In this document: piece by piece, positions 1-13,687 of the stretch
How the letters are laid out: every line of letters starts with the position of its first letter
Position numbering within the stretch: the first letter of the stretch is position 1
NCBI RefSeq assembly: GCF_006345805.1
Contig: NC_043005.1
Coordinates: forward strand, 7,316,001-7,380,000
Source of the DNA: Octopus sinensis
Lineage: Eukaryota
Direction of reading: 5' to 3'
Length of the DNA: 64,000 nt
Notes under the pieces: generated by a model
Told to the model about the DNA's origin: nothing
Seen by the model: the letters and a program-made list of their open reading frames with translations, nothing else
Database searches by the model: none
Made by a program: the position numbers and the translations under genes

Positions 1-330
1 AGAATTGATTTGCTTTTGGTTAGTCTGACAATGGCAAATGAAGTGGCACCCAGAAGAATTTACTGCACATTGACAAACTACATGCATAGATCTATGTGTC
101 TAATGTGACTCACAGAATATTGGCAGAATGAAAAGTTGCCTCTTCGTAAGTAAACAAATATCCTGGTGCTACAGCATATATTGTATAGTTACTATATTTC
201 ATACATTTGGCACTATCCAATGAGTAGAAATAAATAAATAGCACGATAGATGATTTAGCAGAAATAATGTAACACAGAACGGGTAGTAAAAGAAATAATA
301 CAATATATATATTTGCTGAAGTTTTCATTA

Positions 331-401
331 AGCAGAGTGATGCAGTGAAAGCATGCTCGGCTTATAACCCAGAGGTCTGTAGATGAAACCTATGTTCTGT
401 G
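331..401 (+). pseudogene. Degenerate initiator tRNA-Met (tRNA-iMet) pseudogene
   Basis: AGCAGAGTGATGCAGTGAAAGCATGCTCGGCTTATAACCCAGAGGTCTGTAGATGAAACC aligns with eukaryotic tRNA-iMet (AGCAGAGTGGCGCAGCGGAAGCGTGCTGGGCCCATAACCCAGAGGTCGATGGATCGAAACC). Many C>T/G>A changes; anticodon position reads TAT; T-arm and acceptor stem disrupted. Confidence 0.8.
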
Positions 402-2749
402 AAGAAATGGATATTATTTTTGATATTTATACATTGCTACTGAGTTGCCTATAAATATACCAACCATATCCATGTACTATATTTGCTAATATGTAAGACA
501 CGCTTTTTTATTTTTAAATGTATTGAAAAATTGCCTTGTGTTTAATGTAGCTGTATTATAGATGAGAGACCGAGTGCTGTGAGCTGCACGAGCATATGTT
601 TACTCATAACAATAAGTGTGACTAATAATGACCATATTGGAAACAATCCAAAATGTCACAGTACAAACTTATGAAAATTCACTTATGGTACATTGGCAGT
701 TATGTGAAGAGGTCACATCAACTCCTTATACTTCCCCGGCATTCATAACCCACACCTGATATGTATCTTAAATTATTTAATGACTGAGTGTTACCTTTAA
801 GAAACATTATTTAATTGTCTAAATGAAAATTCTCCTTGTAAAATGAAAAGAATATTAAACTTTCATCCACTTGTCAGCTATTTGCAATGAGTGGAAGACA
901 ACAAAATCATAGCAGTGGTGTGTCTTCCTGGTGGACAATCAGGGTAACACAAAATGTCATAGCCAAAAATACAAGTTTCACATCTAATATAGCAATTCTC
1001 TTGATCAAAATATAAATAACTATACAATTGGTTTGAAAAAAGATAAAGTTGAAATATAGTATTTGTATAATATTGTTTATGTGTGTTTTATTTATATTTT
1101 CATACCTTATTCTAGTGTGCTATGACTGTATTGTATTTGCAGGCAGAATCATACATCTACACATCTCCTACATGAACAATTCAAAATATCTTTCAATAAG
1201 CATATGATGAAACACTAAATCTTTTTTTTTCCGCAAAATATACTTGTAAAATAGGGGTGCATGTTATGCAAAAGTGCATCTTTTGTGCTGCCAAATCAGT
1301 ATATATACATGCTGGAGAGGGTGCAAATTATATAATACAATAAGAATTTATATAGAGTGAAGGGTCTCCAACTGACCAGCGTACACCAAAACCCAAATAA
1401 TGTAGTAGGCTGAGTGAGACGATGACAACAGGACTTTTCACTTAGTATGTGGGTTAATGTAATACTAAAAACAAAACTTATATTTATTGTTCTGTGAGAT
1501 TATGTGATAAATTTTGATACATGAGAGACCTAATTAGTGCTGGAAGTAGAATCAGTTCTTTATAGAATTGCTGCATCAAAGAAATTTTATCTCTGCACAA
1601 AGGCTGGACTATAAGATATGTATCTCAACTATATGCGATGCTTTATGAGAAGCAGCAAAGACAGCAAGTGAAGTTTTTTGGAATATAAAAAAATCAAGTA
1701 TGATTCATTGGATGTGCAACACAACATTGACAGATGTTAGTGAATATCAAGTGAAAACATAATTTATTGTAGATAATGGAAGTAAATATGTTACTATAAC
1801 TTTATAATGTTTATGCAAGATATATACTTTTCTTTGTAACTATGAGTTCAAGTCCAATTATCTAGATGTTTCACTATTATGAAAATATGGATGAAGTATA
1901 GCTTATTTAGATTTGTTAAGACATACTGTAACAAAATAATGTGGATAGTTTATAATATAGATAAATTATATTAGCAGAACCCTTAATTAAATATAGTTCA
2001 CGGTAATATAATTACATGGATATTTTTTGTTTTTCATCTTTGGATAAAATATCGAGTGTTGCAGGTGGTAAAATAAGCTTAAGAACAAGAAAAACTAAAC
2101 AGAAATTGCACATATTAATGAATAGGTTGAAGTTCTCATAATCTTAGACTCCAGATTTGCTTAGACACTACTTACAATTGACGACAATGAAATCCACACT
2201 TGGTTGGAAAAAGGAGAGGAACCTTCTATTGAGAATAACTATAACAGCTAAATATAAAGCATTTTGGAGAAATCTTTATATGAGAATGAGAGAAGAAATT
2301 GATCTACAAATAGTTAAGCTAATTAGGAAAACATGTGAGAAACAAATAAGAGAAAGAAAAAGAAATGTGGGGATTAAAAACAAGGTGAAAAGAAAAAGAA
2401 AATAATTAGATAAAAAAAAAAAGCTACTTCTTTTTGTTATTTCTACCAAATTGACTTTCAATAATGCAAACAGCCTTTAGTCTCCTTGAATTTTGGGGGA
2501 TTTAGTGGTGGATTAGCAACAGTAAAAACAAGAACTTCAATTGGTTATAACTATTCTAGAAAATATTTTAAAATATTACATCATCATCATCATCATCATA
2601 TCTATGTACATACTTTCTTCTCATGATTACAAATTACAATTTGATACAAAGAAAATTATTTTAAATATTTTAAATGCATTTTTCTCCTTTTGAAATACTT
2701 TTGAATTTCATCTTTTTAAAACTTCCTTTTATTCATTAATATCTTCCAG

Positions 2750-2821
2750 ATACACTGGCTCTCCATCATCAATTCAATGGTCTTAGTTTTTCTATTGATA
2801 AGCTTTGTTGTTATTATTTTG
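2750..2821 (+). CDS. TM9SF1: Transmembrane 9 superfamily member 1, first exon seen in window (IHWLSIINSMVLVFLLISFVVIIL)
   Basis: ttccag| acceptor, |gtaagt donor, 72 nt, phase 0/0. IHWLSIINS is the hallmark start of TM1 in TM9SF1. Confidence 0.95.
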
Positions 2822-3854
2822 GTAAGTTAATGATCTCTTTCATATCATTTAAATAATCACATTTATTTACCAGTGCTTAACTTTGTTTCAATTAGAAACT
2901 TTGTATATCATTTTTTTTTTCTTTAAAATCCTTTACAATTCCAAGAAAAATGAATTTTTAGTTTGGAATTTTCATAACATCTTTCTCCAAAGGTCTTATA
3001 GTATTTACACCATTTTAAGGTCTTCAGATATTACTGGGTTTCTCATAACCTTTACATTCTAATTAAAAGAATGTCATTGATAATGGCAACAAATAAGATT
3101 GAGAAATACTGATAAATGATGCACTCAAACCATTTCTTTGTTCCATTTACAAATTGGTACTCATGACATATCACAGATGCATATATGCATGATACACATA
3201 GTGTCCTTAAATAAATATTGCCTTACTGGAAATTATGTTTTTTCAGATAGTTCTTTATAAGTTTTATAAAGGAGATAATATTATGTGTTCAGTATTGGGG
3301 CTGGTTCATCCTAAGGACAATTTGTGATTCATGTTATAAACTAAAGTGTATCATTTTCCTTATTGTTGAAAGTGTGCAAATGTTGGCATTTTCAATAACA
3401 TTCTTCATTACTACTGCTAATTGTAGGATATTTATATGGGTTGACATTTAAGTTTTTGTTCAATTATCTTCATGTGCAGAATATTTTTTTTTAATATGTG
3501 AATTCTATAAAATATATTAAAAAATCCAATTTGCCATCCTAAAAGAAAGTTGACAAGATAATTTTCTATTGAACATAAAATGAGTAAAGAAATAATGCTA
3601 ACTACATTAAAAAAATTTTTTTTTTTTTTAGCATAAGAAAAAGAACTTGAATGTTTGTTGTAAAACTTGATCACCTTTTCTAATCTCTGATGTACTCTTT
3701 CGACATTTTGAACAAATTAAACTTCCATATTCTAACATAAAATAAATGTACATGTTATATATGTTTGATATACTTCAAAATTGTACCTTAATTCTTTCAA
3801 GTATTTCTAAAAAAAAATATTAGTGCAATTGATTTTATATATATATATATGTGA

Positions 3855-3910
<56 letters not shown>

Positions 3911-6900
3911 CACACTATTCATTTTAATGGTGTATTTGTATCAACTATGATATTTTTTTCAGTATTCTAATGGATGGGGGAGCCCCTAGCATAAAACAAT
4001 TCCAAATACTTTCTTCTAATGACATTAAGCTGCTCGATTTTGAGCAATAATATTTATTCAAATGAAATTTTACTTGCAAGAATTCATGTGAGTGTGGCAA
4101 AGTATAGGGATGTTTTTGGAATTTGTTTTATATATAATTTAACTGGATCTTTCTGTCAAAGATTATATCTTGCATGCTTTTAACTCTTTTATAAATATAT
4201 AAATGTGTTTCAATTAGATTTTCATATATTTAAGATTTTTTTAAGGATTTAGTAGAATATCTTTAACTTTATATTTTTATATTATGATGAGATTTTGATT
4301 AAGATTTTGTTCTAAATGTGAGCACTTTAGTACAAATGATCTTAGTTGGGCTGTTATCAAAAGAATAAGTGATGTGTGTGATACCACCCATCACTCAACA
4401 TGTTTACAACTAGAAAGGGTGATCCAGCAAAATTGATGCCTATTATAAGACGAGGAGTTATTTGAGACAGAATTTTACAGTCAGATGCTCTTCATGTTGC
4501 CAACCCTTACCACCATTATCAAGCAAGGTTGTTCTTTTATTTCATTTTTAAGGTCTTCAAAGGGATAGAGCAGCCAGTCATAATGTCAAAAGAAAAGCAA
4601 CATCAGTTTTACACAAGCGGTGCCAAATATTGAATGTCAATAATCATACCACATACATATAGACTCAAGTGTGACTGTGTAATTAAGAAGTTTGCTTCCT
4701 AACCATATAGTTCTCGGTTCAATCCCACTCTATGGTACCTTGGATAGGTGCCTTCTATTATGGCCCTAGGATTACCAAAGCTGATATATAATACATATGA
4801 AGCCTGTCATATATAAGTATATATGTGTGTGTGTGTGTGTATCCTCTTGACATCATGTGGTAGTTGTAAATGAGTGTCACCATCATACAAGCAGTGTCTT
4901 TCATTTCTAATCTTCTGTGAAAATATGTCTGGCCATGAGGAAATATGATCTCACTTGTTTACAAGTGAGAGTTCATATTGCACTATTTTACATTTTGTCT
5001 GCAATTGAACATGCTACACAGTTTAACTTGCCTTAAGCTTTTGTTATTTTCAGCTAGGGACACAGACTATATGTTCTACATTCTTGCTTTCAGTCATTTA
5101 TCCTCTTGAGTCTGACCTTACTTAGGTCATGGTGTGCAGTGAGAAAGTTTACTTGGCTCAGTGCATCCAGTGTGCCTTTCACCATTTGTTGTATTACTCA
5201 GTTGTTGTATTACTCAGTTGTTGTACTACTCAGTAATCACTCACAGCTCCTGTGCCAGGCACAGGCACAGTGCTTCTACATTTTTCCAAAGCATCTACTA
5301 AATTGTATACACTTACTAATAGAAATCTTCCTATTATACCACTGGCAGTGAATATTTTTTCCTCAGTTCCTTGCAAGGAAAATTGGTAGCTGCACCTGAG
5401 TTTTAGCAATTTGAATAATGATATCAGCAAAAAGCTGGCCAATGAAATTATATGTAAACATGTCATGGATTTTTGAGTGACAATGTCATCACAACTCTGT
5501 CCAATTAGATTTGTTCTGGTGCATATAAAAGTGACCAGATAAATAAAGAAAAAACAGAACTTGACAAGCAGGGATTTTGTTTGTCAGGAGTTTAGCAACA
5601 TGAGCAGCAAAGTTTAATGGTCAGCAAATTCTTTCATTTGACAGTCTGTACTCCTATGACTATCAAAATGCTGTGTTGTAAAAAGAACAGTCTTCACTAA
5701 CACTAGCACATTCACAACTTTCATATGCAAGCTCTTGTACCTCTCTGATGCACATTTTTCTCTCTAACATTACTTTGTTGTTTTCTTTTCTTGGAGTCGA
5801 AGTGTCCCATACAGGCTTTTAATAGTAAAATAGATGAATTGAAACCAAATGACTGTTCTCATTCATCCATCATATTCTTAAAGATTATATGAAAGGAGAA
5901 CTGCTTGCCTGTATCTGAATGTTAAACAAAGTAGCAGATTGCCAATTTCCAGTTATTCATAATGAAATTATGTATTTTAATATGAAAATATGTATTATAA
6001 TTACGATTATGGAGCTACTATTTGAGAGTATATGATTATAGAAAAGAGGTTGATTTCACCACAGTTTCTACTTTTTCTTGCCACTGAACCATGTTAGCTA
6101 ATGATGCAACATTCTGTATATACCACATCCCACATTTTATACATACTCATGGGTTTCCATCTTGTTTAACCATTGTGTGATTGTAACACCAACATGTGGA
6201 GTCTGAGTAGCTATATGCTTTAAAGCCAAAATTTAAAATCTCTAATTGACCTAACATACATAGAAACAACACTTAGCATGACTATAAACATATCAGTTAC
6301 TAGTTATTTAAACTTAATTGTTTCTTTCTCTTGTATTCATCAGTCTTGATGTCAGAACTCATAACAATTTTGGTTGGTAAAGTGTATTGACTTAAGCTGG
6401 ATTAGTCAATACACTATACCATTTTCCTACTCTATTCCTGGTTAGTAAGAATACTGTTGGGCTTTGTTTAGGAACCATCATTAATTTTTAAATAACTTTA
6501 AATAATGATGTAACAAGAATCTTTATAATTTCTAAATTCTTTCTAAAAGATCAATTAAACACACACCCTCTCAGGAGAGTAGAGGGTATCTTTTCTAGCA
6601 GTTGGAATAGGGTTATATTACAATGGCAAGCTTAGATTGTGTGTCCTAAGAAATAATACACTTCTTATCTATTTTTGCATGTTGAATTCAACACATTTTC
6701 CAAGTTTCTCTCCCATCCAATGTTTTCTTGCTCCAGTATATGTCACTATCCATAATAACGCAAAACAAGAACGGTCAATTATCAAAACTGATTTGTCCTC
6801 CAAAAAGCTGATGCCAATAAATCAGCAAAACGGTCAATTACTGATTGTCTGTCAATTTAAGTGGTGCAATCTTAGGTTATGTATCACCCTAGGAGGCCTT

Positions 6901-7085
6901 TATTTCATTTGAGTTTAAGTATGTTGGAGACTGCAACTGAAAGGAATTTGATCAGAATTTCATACTTTCATGCAATAGTAGACACACTATCAACCTTTGT
7001 GTCAAAATTATGGCTGCCATAGCATTTGGAACTTAAATAATACATAATTGAACTGAATTTAGAATCACTGAGAGTACATAAGTAA

Positions 7086-7483
7086 TCTTTATATATAAAA
7101 GTGAGGTTGTGTGTTGTCTGTCTCCTACGATTTAGATTCCTAACTACTGCCACATTTTGCGGTGCAGTTTAACCAAAACCGGGTATCATATAGTCGTGAT
7201 TCATATCGAGCCCTTCTGGGTATTAGCGCGTGTTTACGATGAGTCTACGATTTAAAAAAAAATTTACCTTCAATTTTTCCCATTTTTAATGCATTTTTGG
7301 CATATATAAGGGAAGTAACTCTCTAAAAATGTATTATTAAATCTCAGAACGTAAAAAGCTACAGTAACCCTCCCCCTTTGTGGTTAACCATATTGAGATG
7401 GCTATTATACTTTTTACATCTCTAAAATTGCTTATATAGTTATTTCCCTTACAAACCCAAGCAACGCCGGGCGATACTGCTAG
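7086..7483 (+). mobile_element. Non-autonomous Helitron, family H1 (variant i)
   Basis: A|TCTTTATATATAAAAG 5' end, 3' GC hairpin (CCCAAGCAACGCCGGG) then CTAG|T. Five near-identical copies in the window. Confidence 0.85.
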
Positions 7484-7631
7484 TTTTTCATAAAATGGAA
7501 TTTAATTAGCACTTAAAGCAAATTTTATGAAGTAATATTTGTGTCATATGAATATTTATTGGTAATATTGATAAGAGAAGAAAAGTAACATTGAGCTAAA
7601 TACATATGTTTAAATGTTTTTGCATCTTTAG

Positions 7632-7779
7632 ACACGTGTCCTGAAGAGTGATTTTGCTCGGTATAACATAGATGAAGATGACAGTGAAGATTTGGACCAA
7701 GATGAGAATGGCTGGAAGATCATCCATACTGATGTCTTCAGATTCCCGGTGTGTAAGAGTCTCTTCTGTGCCATTTTGG
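7632..7779 (+). CDS. TM9SF1: TM9SF1 exon ([50 protein letters not shown])
   Basis: AG/GT bounded, 148 nt. Contains the nonaspanin GWKxIHxDVFRFP motif. Confidence 0.96.
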
Positions 7780-8345
7780 GTAAGTAGATCTTCATTCTAT
7801 TTACTTTAGTTGCTTTCTGAATTCAATACCAGGTGCATCTCATAGTGTATAATATATTTTTGTATTGTAAACCTATTAAAAAGTGGTTAGGATCTTAAAC
7901 TGATTTTAGAAGATATTTGTATGTGTAATGATAATGTAAAATCAGGGCAATTTTAAATTATTGGCTCATATGCACAACACAGCATAATTTAGAAGAACTA
8001 CCAATTTAAATATTAAAAAGCCTCACTGTGGATGTAATAATAATGTAAACTCATTCTTTCTCTGCTGTTGATGTGAATAAAATGGAGCGAGTCTCTCAGG
8101 AGACCATCTTACTGTTCTTTGACTTCTCCCCAGAAAAGATGCAGTTGGCTTTCTTCCCCAATGAGCAGCACAGGTCATAGCATTAGAGGTGATCTTTCGG
8201 TACAAGTACCACAACTGCCAATTATAAACCCACGTGGGTTTATTTACATTTCTGAAGCAAAAAGAGACACTTTTCCCCTAACCCTAACCCCACAAATATA
8301 AAAAAAAAAAAACTTTACGGAAAGTGACGATCTTCTTCTTCAAAA

Positions 8346-8742
8346 GGCGCAGGCGTGGCTGTGTGATAAGTAGCTAGCTAACCAACCACATGGTTCCGGG
8401 TTCAGTCCCACTGCGTGGCATCTTGGGCAAGTGTCTTCTGCTATAGCCCCGGGCCGACCAATGCCTTGTGAGTGGATTTGGTAGACGGAAACTGAAAGAA
8501 GCCTGTCGTATATATATATATGTATGTGTGTGTGTGTTTGTGTGTCTGTGTTTGTCCTCCCAACATCGCTTGACAACCAATGCTGGTGTGTTTACGTCCC
8601 CGTCACTTAGCGGTTCAGCAAAAGAGACCGATAGAATAAGTACTGGGCTTACAAAGAATAAGTCCCGGGGTCGATTTGCTCGACTAAAGGTGGTGCTCCA
8701 GCATGGCCGCAGTCAAATGACTGAAACAAGTAAAAGAGTAAA
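8346..8742 (+). mobile_element. tRNA-derived SINE family A (CORE-like CCTTGGGCAAG segment, internal (TA)n(TG)n, (TAAAAGAG)n tail)
   Basis: A-box TGGCTGTGTGA/G, B-box GGTTCAGTCCC, conserved body repeated more than 12 times in the window. Resembles described octopus OR-type SINEs (not verified). Confidence 0.9.
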
Positions 8743-9413
8743 CAGACTTGGCAGTTATGGTACTTGTACCGAAAGATCGCCACATTAGAAAGAGTATATT
8801 TGCGTTCTTGTATTTAAATCTATTTCACTTCTCATGATTTATGCTAGTTGTGCATAAAATTGATATTGTCTCATTAATGACAAACTCTGCCAATTCAGCT
8901 ATACACTAATGTGCTATTCTAATTTATGACTGCTTTATACAATAGATGACACATTGCTGCTGATTGGGAAGGAGATTGAGGGTATCTTCTCTGGGGAGCA
9001 GTCAGTAAAGCACAAGAAGGTCTTTTTTTTTCCACTCATCAATAGTGTTTGCATTCATATTACACCCACAGTGAGACTTTCTACTATTAAAGTGTATATA
9101 TTCATGCATGCATGCATGTATGCACAATGACACATATCTACATGTACAGAGTTGGAACTTTCATATACTAGAAGTTACTCCAGAATCACACATCACAAAT
9201 AATCTTGGAGAATAATAAAGGGACCATACTCTGAGATGTGTCAGTTCATGCAGACACGGAGATGGAAGCAATTCATCCCCGTATTATTGTTAAAGGCTTT
9301 TGGTAAAAGCAATGTCCCCTAATTGATGTCTCTATTCAAACAGATGAATTTTACCCAAATATAAAATGTGTATCAGGAGATATTCAAAATGTGAGGATTG
9401 AAAACAGAACCAA

Positions 9414-9740
9414 TCATCATCATCATCATCACCATCGTTTAGCGTCCGCTTTCCATGCTAGCATGGGTTGGACGGTTTAACTGGGGTCTGGAAAGCCAGA
9501 AGGCTGCACCAGGCCCAGTTTGATCTGGCAATGTTTCTATGGCTGGATGCCCTTCCTAACGCCAACCACTCCATGAGTGTAGTGGGTGCTTTTTACGTGC
9601 CACCGGCACAGGTGCCAGACTAGTCTGGCAAACGGCCACGATCTAATGGTGCTTTTTATGTGCCACTGGCACAGGGGCCAGGCGAGGCTGGCAATGGCCA
9701 CGAACGGATGGTGCTTTATACGTGCCACCGGCACAAGGCC
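9414..9740 (-). mobile_element. Family B RTE-tailed retroposon, 5'-truncated
   Basis: (CAT)n tail on the left, RTE 3'UTR, GTGCCGGTGGCAC repeat units. Confidence 0.85.
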
Positions 9741-9976
9741 AAATCTTCACCATAAAAAGTACTTGGTGAATAAAAAAAAATGATGCAGGCAAATATGCAA
9801 TCAAACTCCCAAAATATAGAAACTACTGCTACAATTGCACACACATATTGCAAAGGATATTCTCAATGCAATAAAACTGAAACAAAATACCATGTGCACG
9901 ATTGTATTTTTACTGCTTTTTCCCTCATTAGCATTTGTGTATAAAACAAAATATATTTTTTCTATTCTAAACTTAG

Positions 9977-10102
9977 GTGTTGGAAGTCAGTTTCTTGCTT
10001 TAGCTACAGGAATTTTGTTGATGGCATTATTCGGTATGTTCAATGTACATCGCCATGGTTCCATTAACTCTGCTGCAATTGTTCTATATGCACTTACTTC
10101 AG
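9977..10102 (+). CDS. TM9SF1: TM9SF1 exon ([41 protein letters not shown])
   Basis: AG/GT bounded, 126 nt, phase 1/1, in frame with neighbouring exons. Confidence 0.96.
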
Positions 10103-10322
10103 GTAAGCACACTTACATTTCTTCTGCATCTATTATTGAAAAATAAAAAATTTAAATTACAAATTTTAAAATAGCATTCAAAAATTTAGTTCAGTAAGCA
10201 ATCCTACTTGCAACATTCTGTTTTAATGTTTAGTCTTTTTTTGTTGTCAACTTCAGTGTTGGGTAATTGTCACCAAGTTTTCAAAAGATTTATGCAATGT
10301 AATTTATTGAAAAAAAATAATA

Positions 10323-10491
10323 GGTGTAGGAGTGACTGTGTGGTAAGTAGCTTGCTTACAAACCACATGGTTCTGGGTTCAGTCCCACTGCGTGGCACCT
10401 TGGGCAAGTGTCTTCAACTGTAGCCTCGGGCCGACCAAAGCCTTGTGAGTGGATTTGGTAGACGAAAACTGAAAGAAGCCCGTCGTATATA

Positions 10492-10529
<38 letters not shown>

Positions 10530-10724
10530 TCTGTGTTTGTCCCTCCAACATCACTTGACAACTGGTGTGTTTACATCCCCGTAACTTAGTGGTTCGGCCA
10601 AAGAGACTAATAGAATAAGTACTAGGCTTACAAAGAATAAGTCCTGGGGTCGATTTACTCGACTAAAGGCAGTGCTGCAGCATGGCCACAGTCAAATGAC
10701 TGAAACAAGTAAAAGAGTAAAAAG
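10323..10724 (+). mobile_element. SINE family A
   Basis: Full head, body and tail. Confidence 0.9.
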
Positions 10725-11008
10725 ACAGATTAAGCTGAATCACAAACTTTTTATGTATTTTACAGGGTTCAAACAATAGTTGAAATTTTAAAAGTTTTGT
10801 TTCAAGGATTCTGTTACATCTACATTTTCAGGTTTACTATGGTGACTGCTGCATTTGGATTTTCTAAGGAAGCTAGTTTTGAAAAACTTATTTTAAATAA
10901 AATGAATGATGATCAGATTAAACTTTTGAGTTTTAGATGACAGTTACCAGTATTTGTAGTAAAAAAATATATATATAGTCATTATCTGCTTCAAAGTAAA
11001 ACTATTAA

Positions 11009-11446
11009 CTCTTTCAATCAGCTATATCTGGCTCAAATATCCTACCTGTTTTATGTTTAACCCTTTAGCATTCAAATTATTCTGTCAAATGTAAAGCTTA
11101 TTTATTCACACCATGTAAAATTAATCCTGCATCATTTCATGGCTTTGAGATTTCAATGATGTGATTGCTTATTTTTAAAAATGACACAATAAGGTAGCTA
11201 TGAATGACCATATCTGACTAGTTTGAACATAAAACAGGTAGAATATTTTGGCCGGATATGGCCGTTTTAAACACTAAAGGGTTAAAGCAGCCAGATCTGA
11301 CTTCTCACACCTATCCTACAATGTCATTCTAAAAATAAACAATTACATTATCAAAATTTTGAAGCTATGGAGTAAACCATGATTAATTCAAAACAATGCG
11401 AATCAGTCAGCATTACATTTGACAGAACAATCTGACTGCTAAATGG
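11009..11446. mobile_element. Older copy of the same piggyBac-type MITE, interrupted at 11061-11285
   Basis: TTAA-flanked, degenerate TIRs. With the insert removed it aligns with 23513-23733. Confidence 0.7.
11061..11281. mobile_element. piggyBac-type MITE (221 bp), nested in an older copy of its own family
   Basis: TTAA|CCCTTTAG ... CTAAAGGG|TTAA: TIRs plus TTAA target-site duplication. Confidence 0.85.
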
Positions 11447-11517
11447 TTAAAAATGTAAGTACAGTCAGCACTATTTCATTTACAATGAAAACAGATAACA
11501 TTTTGATTTCCTTTCAG

Positions 11518-11610
11518 GTGTGTCTGGATACATTGCTGCAAACTATTACCGAAAGATGGGTGGTGACAACTGGGTATGGAATATCAATCTCACTTCAGCT
11601 TTGTTCGCAT
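11518..11610 (+). CDS. TM9SF1: TM9SF1 exon (VSGYIAANYYRKMGGDNWVWNINLTSALFA)
   Basis: tttcag| and |gtaagt, 93 nt, phase 1/1. Confidence 0.96.
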
Positions 11611-12586
11611 GTAAGTACATTACTCTGAAAAGAACTTTAGAAATTTATTTATCTTTACTATACCAATTTGTTGTGACTAAGCCATATTTCTCTTTGTGTC
11701 AAAGTTACCTAAATATGGTTCATAAAGAATTGACCTAAAATTAATGTGACCTACTTATATCACCAACAGAATATCAGTGCAATCATATTTTTCTCGCTTT
11801 CTCAGATCATCTAAGTCAAAGAATACAAAACTTACTTCAGAAATATTTAAAGAGATGTTCTCATTTTGTAAAAAGTAAAAATGTTTGAACAAGCAAACTA
11901 TAATCAGAAAAAACAAACTATATGGTTTTCATACAAAAGACTGATCTGTACTAAGAACAGAAATATAATCACTACTTTTTTATTCTTTTATAATCTTCTT
12001 TTTTCTTTATTATATTTTTGTTCTTTTTATAAAGGAATTGGGTTTATAAAATTTCGTCTTCACAGTATCATCCTAGTGCCTGTTGTTATGATTTCTGAGA
12101 AAGAAAATAGAAAATATAAAATTAGCCCTAGTGAGACTTGAATTCAGTGAGCCAGAACTTAATTCTGTAAAACTTACTATAAATCAGAAATCGCATGAAA
12201 ACTAGCCTATGATAAATGTTTTGATAAAGTTAAAACATTTATATAGGTTGAACTGCCAAAATATTTACAGTAAAAGAAAAATTATTAACTGATAACCAAT
12301 ATTAATTTTTACCTTCAGTAGAGATGGGAGGCCACTCTGGATGCAAATTTACTCCTTGATATGGTCATCATCAAAACACATTCTCTTTATAAATTTCTGA
12401 AAGATCAGCAATGAATTACTATCTCTACTAATTATAAACTTATTCTTAAGAAAATTATTAATTAATAGATTTTTCATGGCTAAAGTCCTATCTTAGGAAT
12501 AATTGAAATTGGTATCTTAGGAATATATTTCTTCCTGATTAATTTTTTAATGTTATATATATTTTTTCTATTCATTTCAATTCTAG

Positions 12587-12697
12587 TGCCATTTTTCATT
12601 GTGTGGGCCCTTATAAACTCTGTTGCATGGGGCTATGGAACCACTCAAGCTTTACCTTGGACTACAGTTGTCATGTTGATATGCTTATGGATGTTTG
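12587..12697 (+). CDS. TM9SF1: TM9SF1 exon (PFFIVWALINSVAWGYGTTQALPWTTVVMLICLWMF)
   Basis: AG/GT bounded, 111 nt. Carries the TM9SF1-type NSVAWxYGxTQALP segment. Confidence 0.96.
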
Positions 12698-13687
12698 GTA
12701 ATATATTTTTGTCATTCCAGATTTTTCATTTAGAATAAAATCAAACAAATAATTAATTTATGTTCTCAAACGATTGTATTTTATACATATTGTTTGTGCT
12801 GTAGTTTATATGTGTCTTGACGAATAACTTTGATGAATTTGTAATTATAGTCAACTGAAAGCATTCTGTTTTAACAGTTTAATACTTTATTTAAAGATAA
12901 AATTCACTATATATTTGATTTTATTTCCCTATCCATCTAATATGCAAATATTAGTTCTAGTACCATTTAGAATCTTTCGGAATTCTTAAACTGACTACTC
13001 TACTAATTACAGAATCTAAAAATTCTTTTTTCTATTTTTGTTTCAGTAATTTTTTCTCATATCATTATTGTTATTATCATCACCATCATAACAAACCTAT
13101 ATTCAGGCTGACATGGGTTGGGAGGGTTTATCAGTTCCTCCTTGGGATATGATATCCTCTTATCAAACCTCACTACTTCCTTATATGTCTTCGAATGTTA
13201 TGAGCCCTATCAGCTATCAATATACGACAGTTTTTAAACTGGTACTTATCATCTATTGCACGTCTATACTATTGCAGTTATCGCTCTTGCACATACCAAT
13301 TCTTACCTTTACCTCTCATAATTCCTCTCTACCTTTTATACAGCAGAATATTGAATCTTCAACAAATAAATTCATTTCTTTCCAGCTTGTGTAGATTTTC
13401 CAAATTAAATCCTCAATTCTCACCACTATGCAGCATGATACTTATTTTGCATGCTTTGTATTACCGACTTTTATCACCAAGGGAGAAACCATTTGTTGCT
13501 AGCAGAGGTAATAGCTCCCTAAACTAACTCTACCCACCCTTTCCTTATTCTAGCTACTGTGCCCCCTATCCATAGCACACATAAGGTAACCCAGCAATCA
13601 TAAACTTTCTACATCTGGAATGCCATCTAAGCATTTTATGGGCTCTCACACATCTAAAGTCACAGTTCTTTATCAAAAGATCCTATT

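Noticed and set aside
1-2749. Further upstream TM9SF1 exons, and ORFs 110-328 and 2157-2405
   Set aside because: No AG/GT-bounded segment encoding recognisable TM9SF lumenal-domain sequence was found. The ORFs look like low-complexity intronic frames.
8277-8290. (CCCTAA)2 telomere-like motif
   Set aside because: Only two units, which is expected by chance or within repeat relics.
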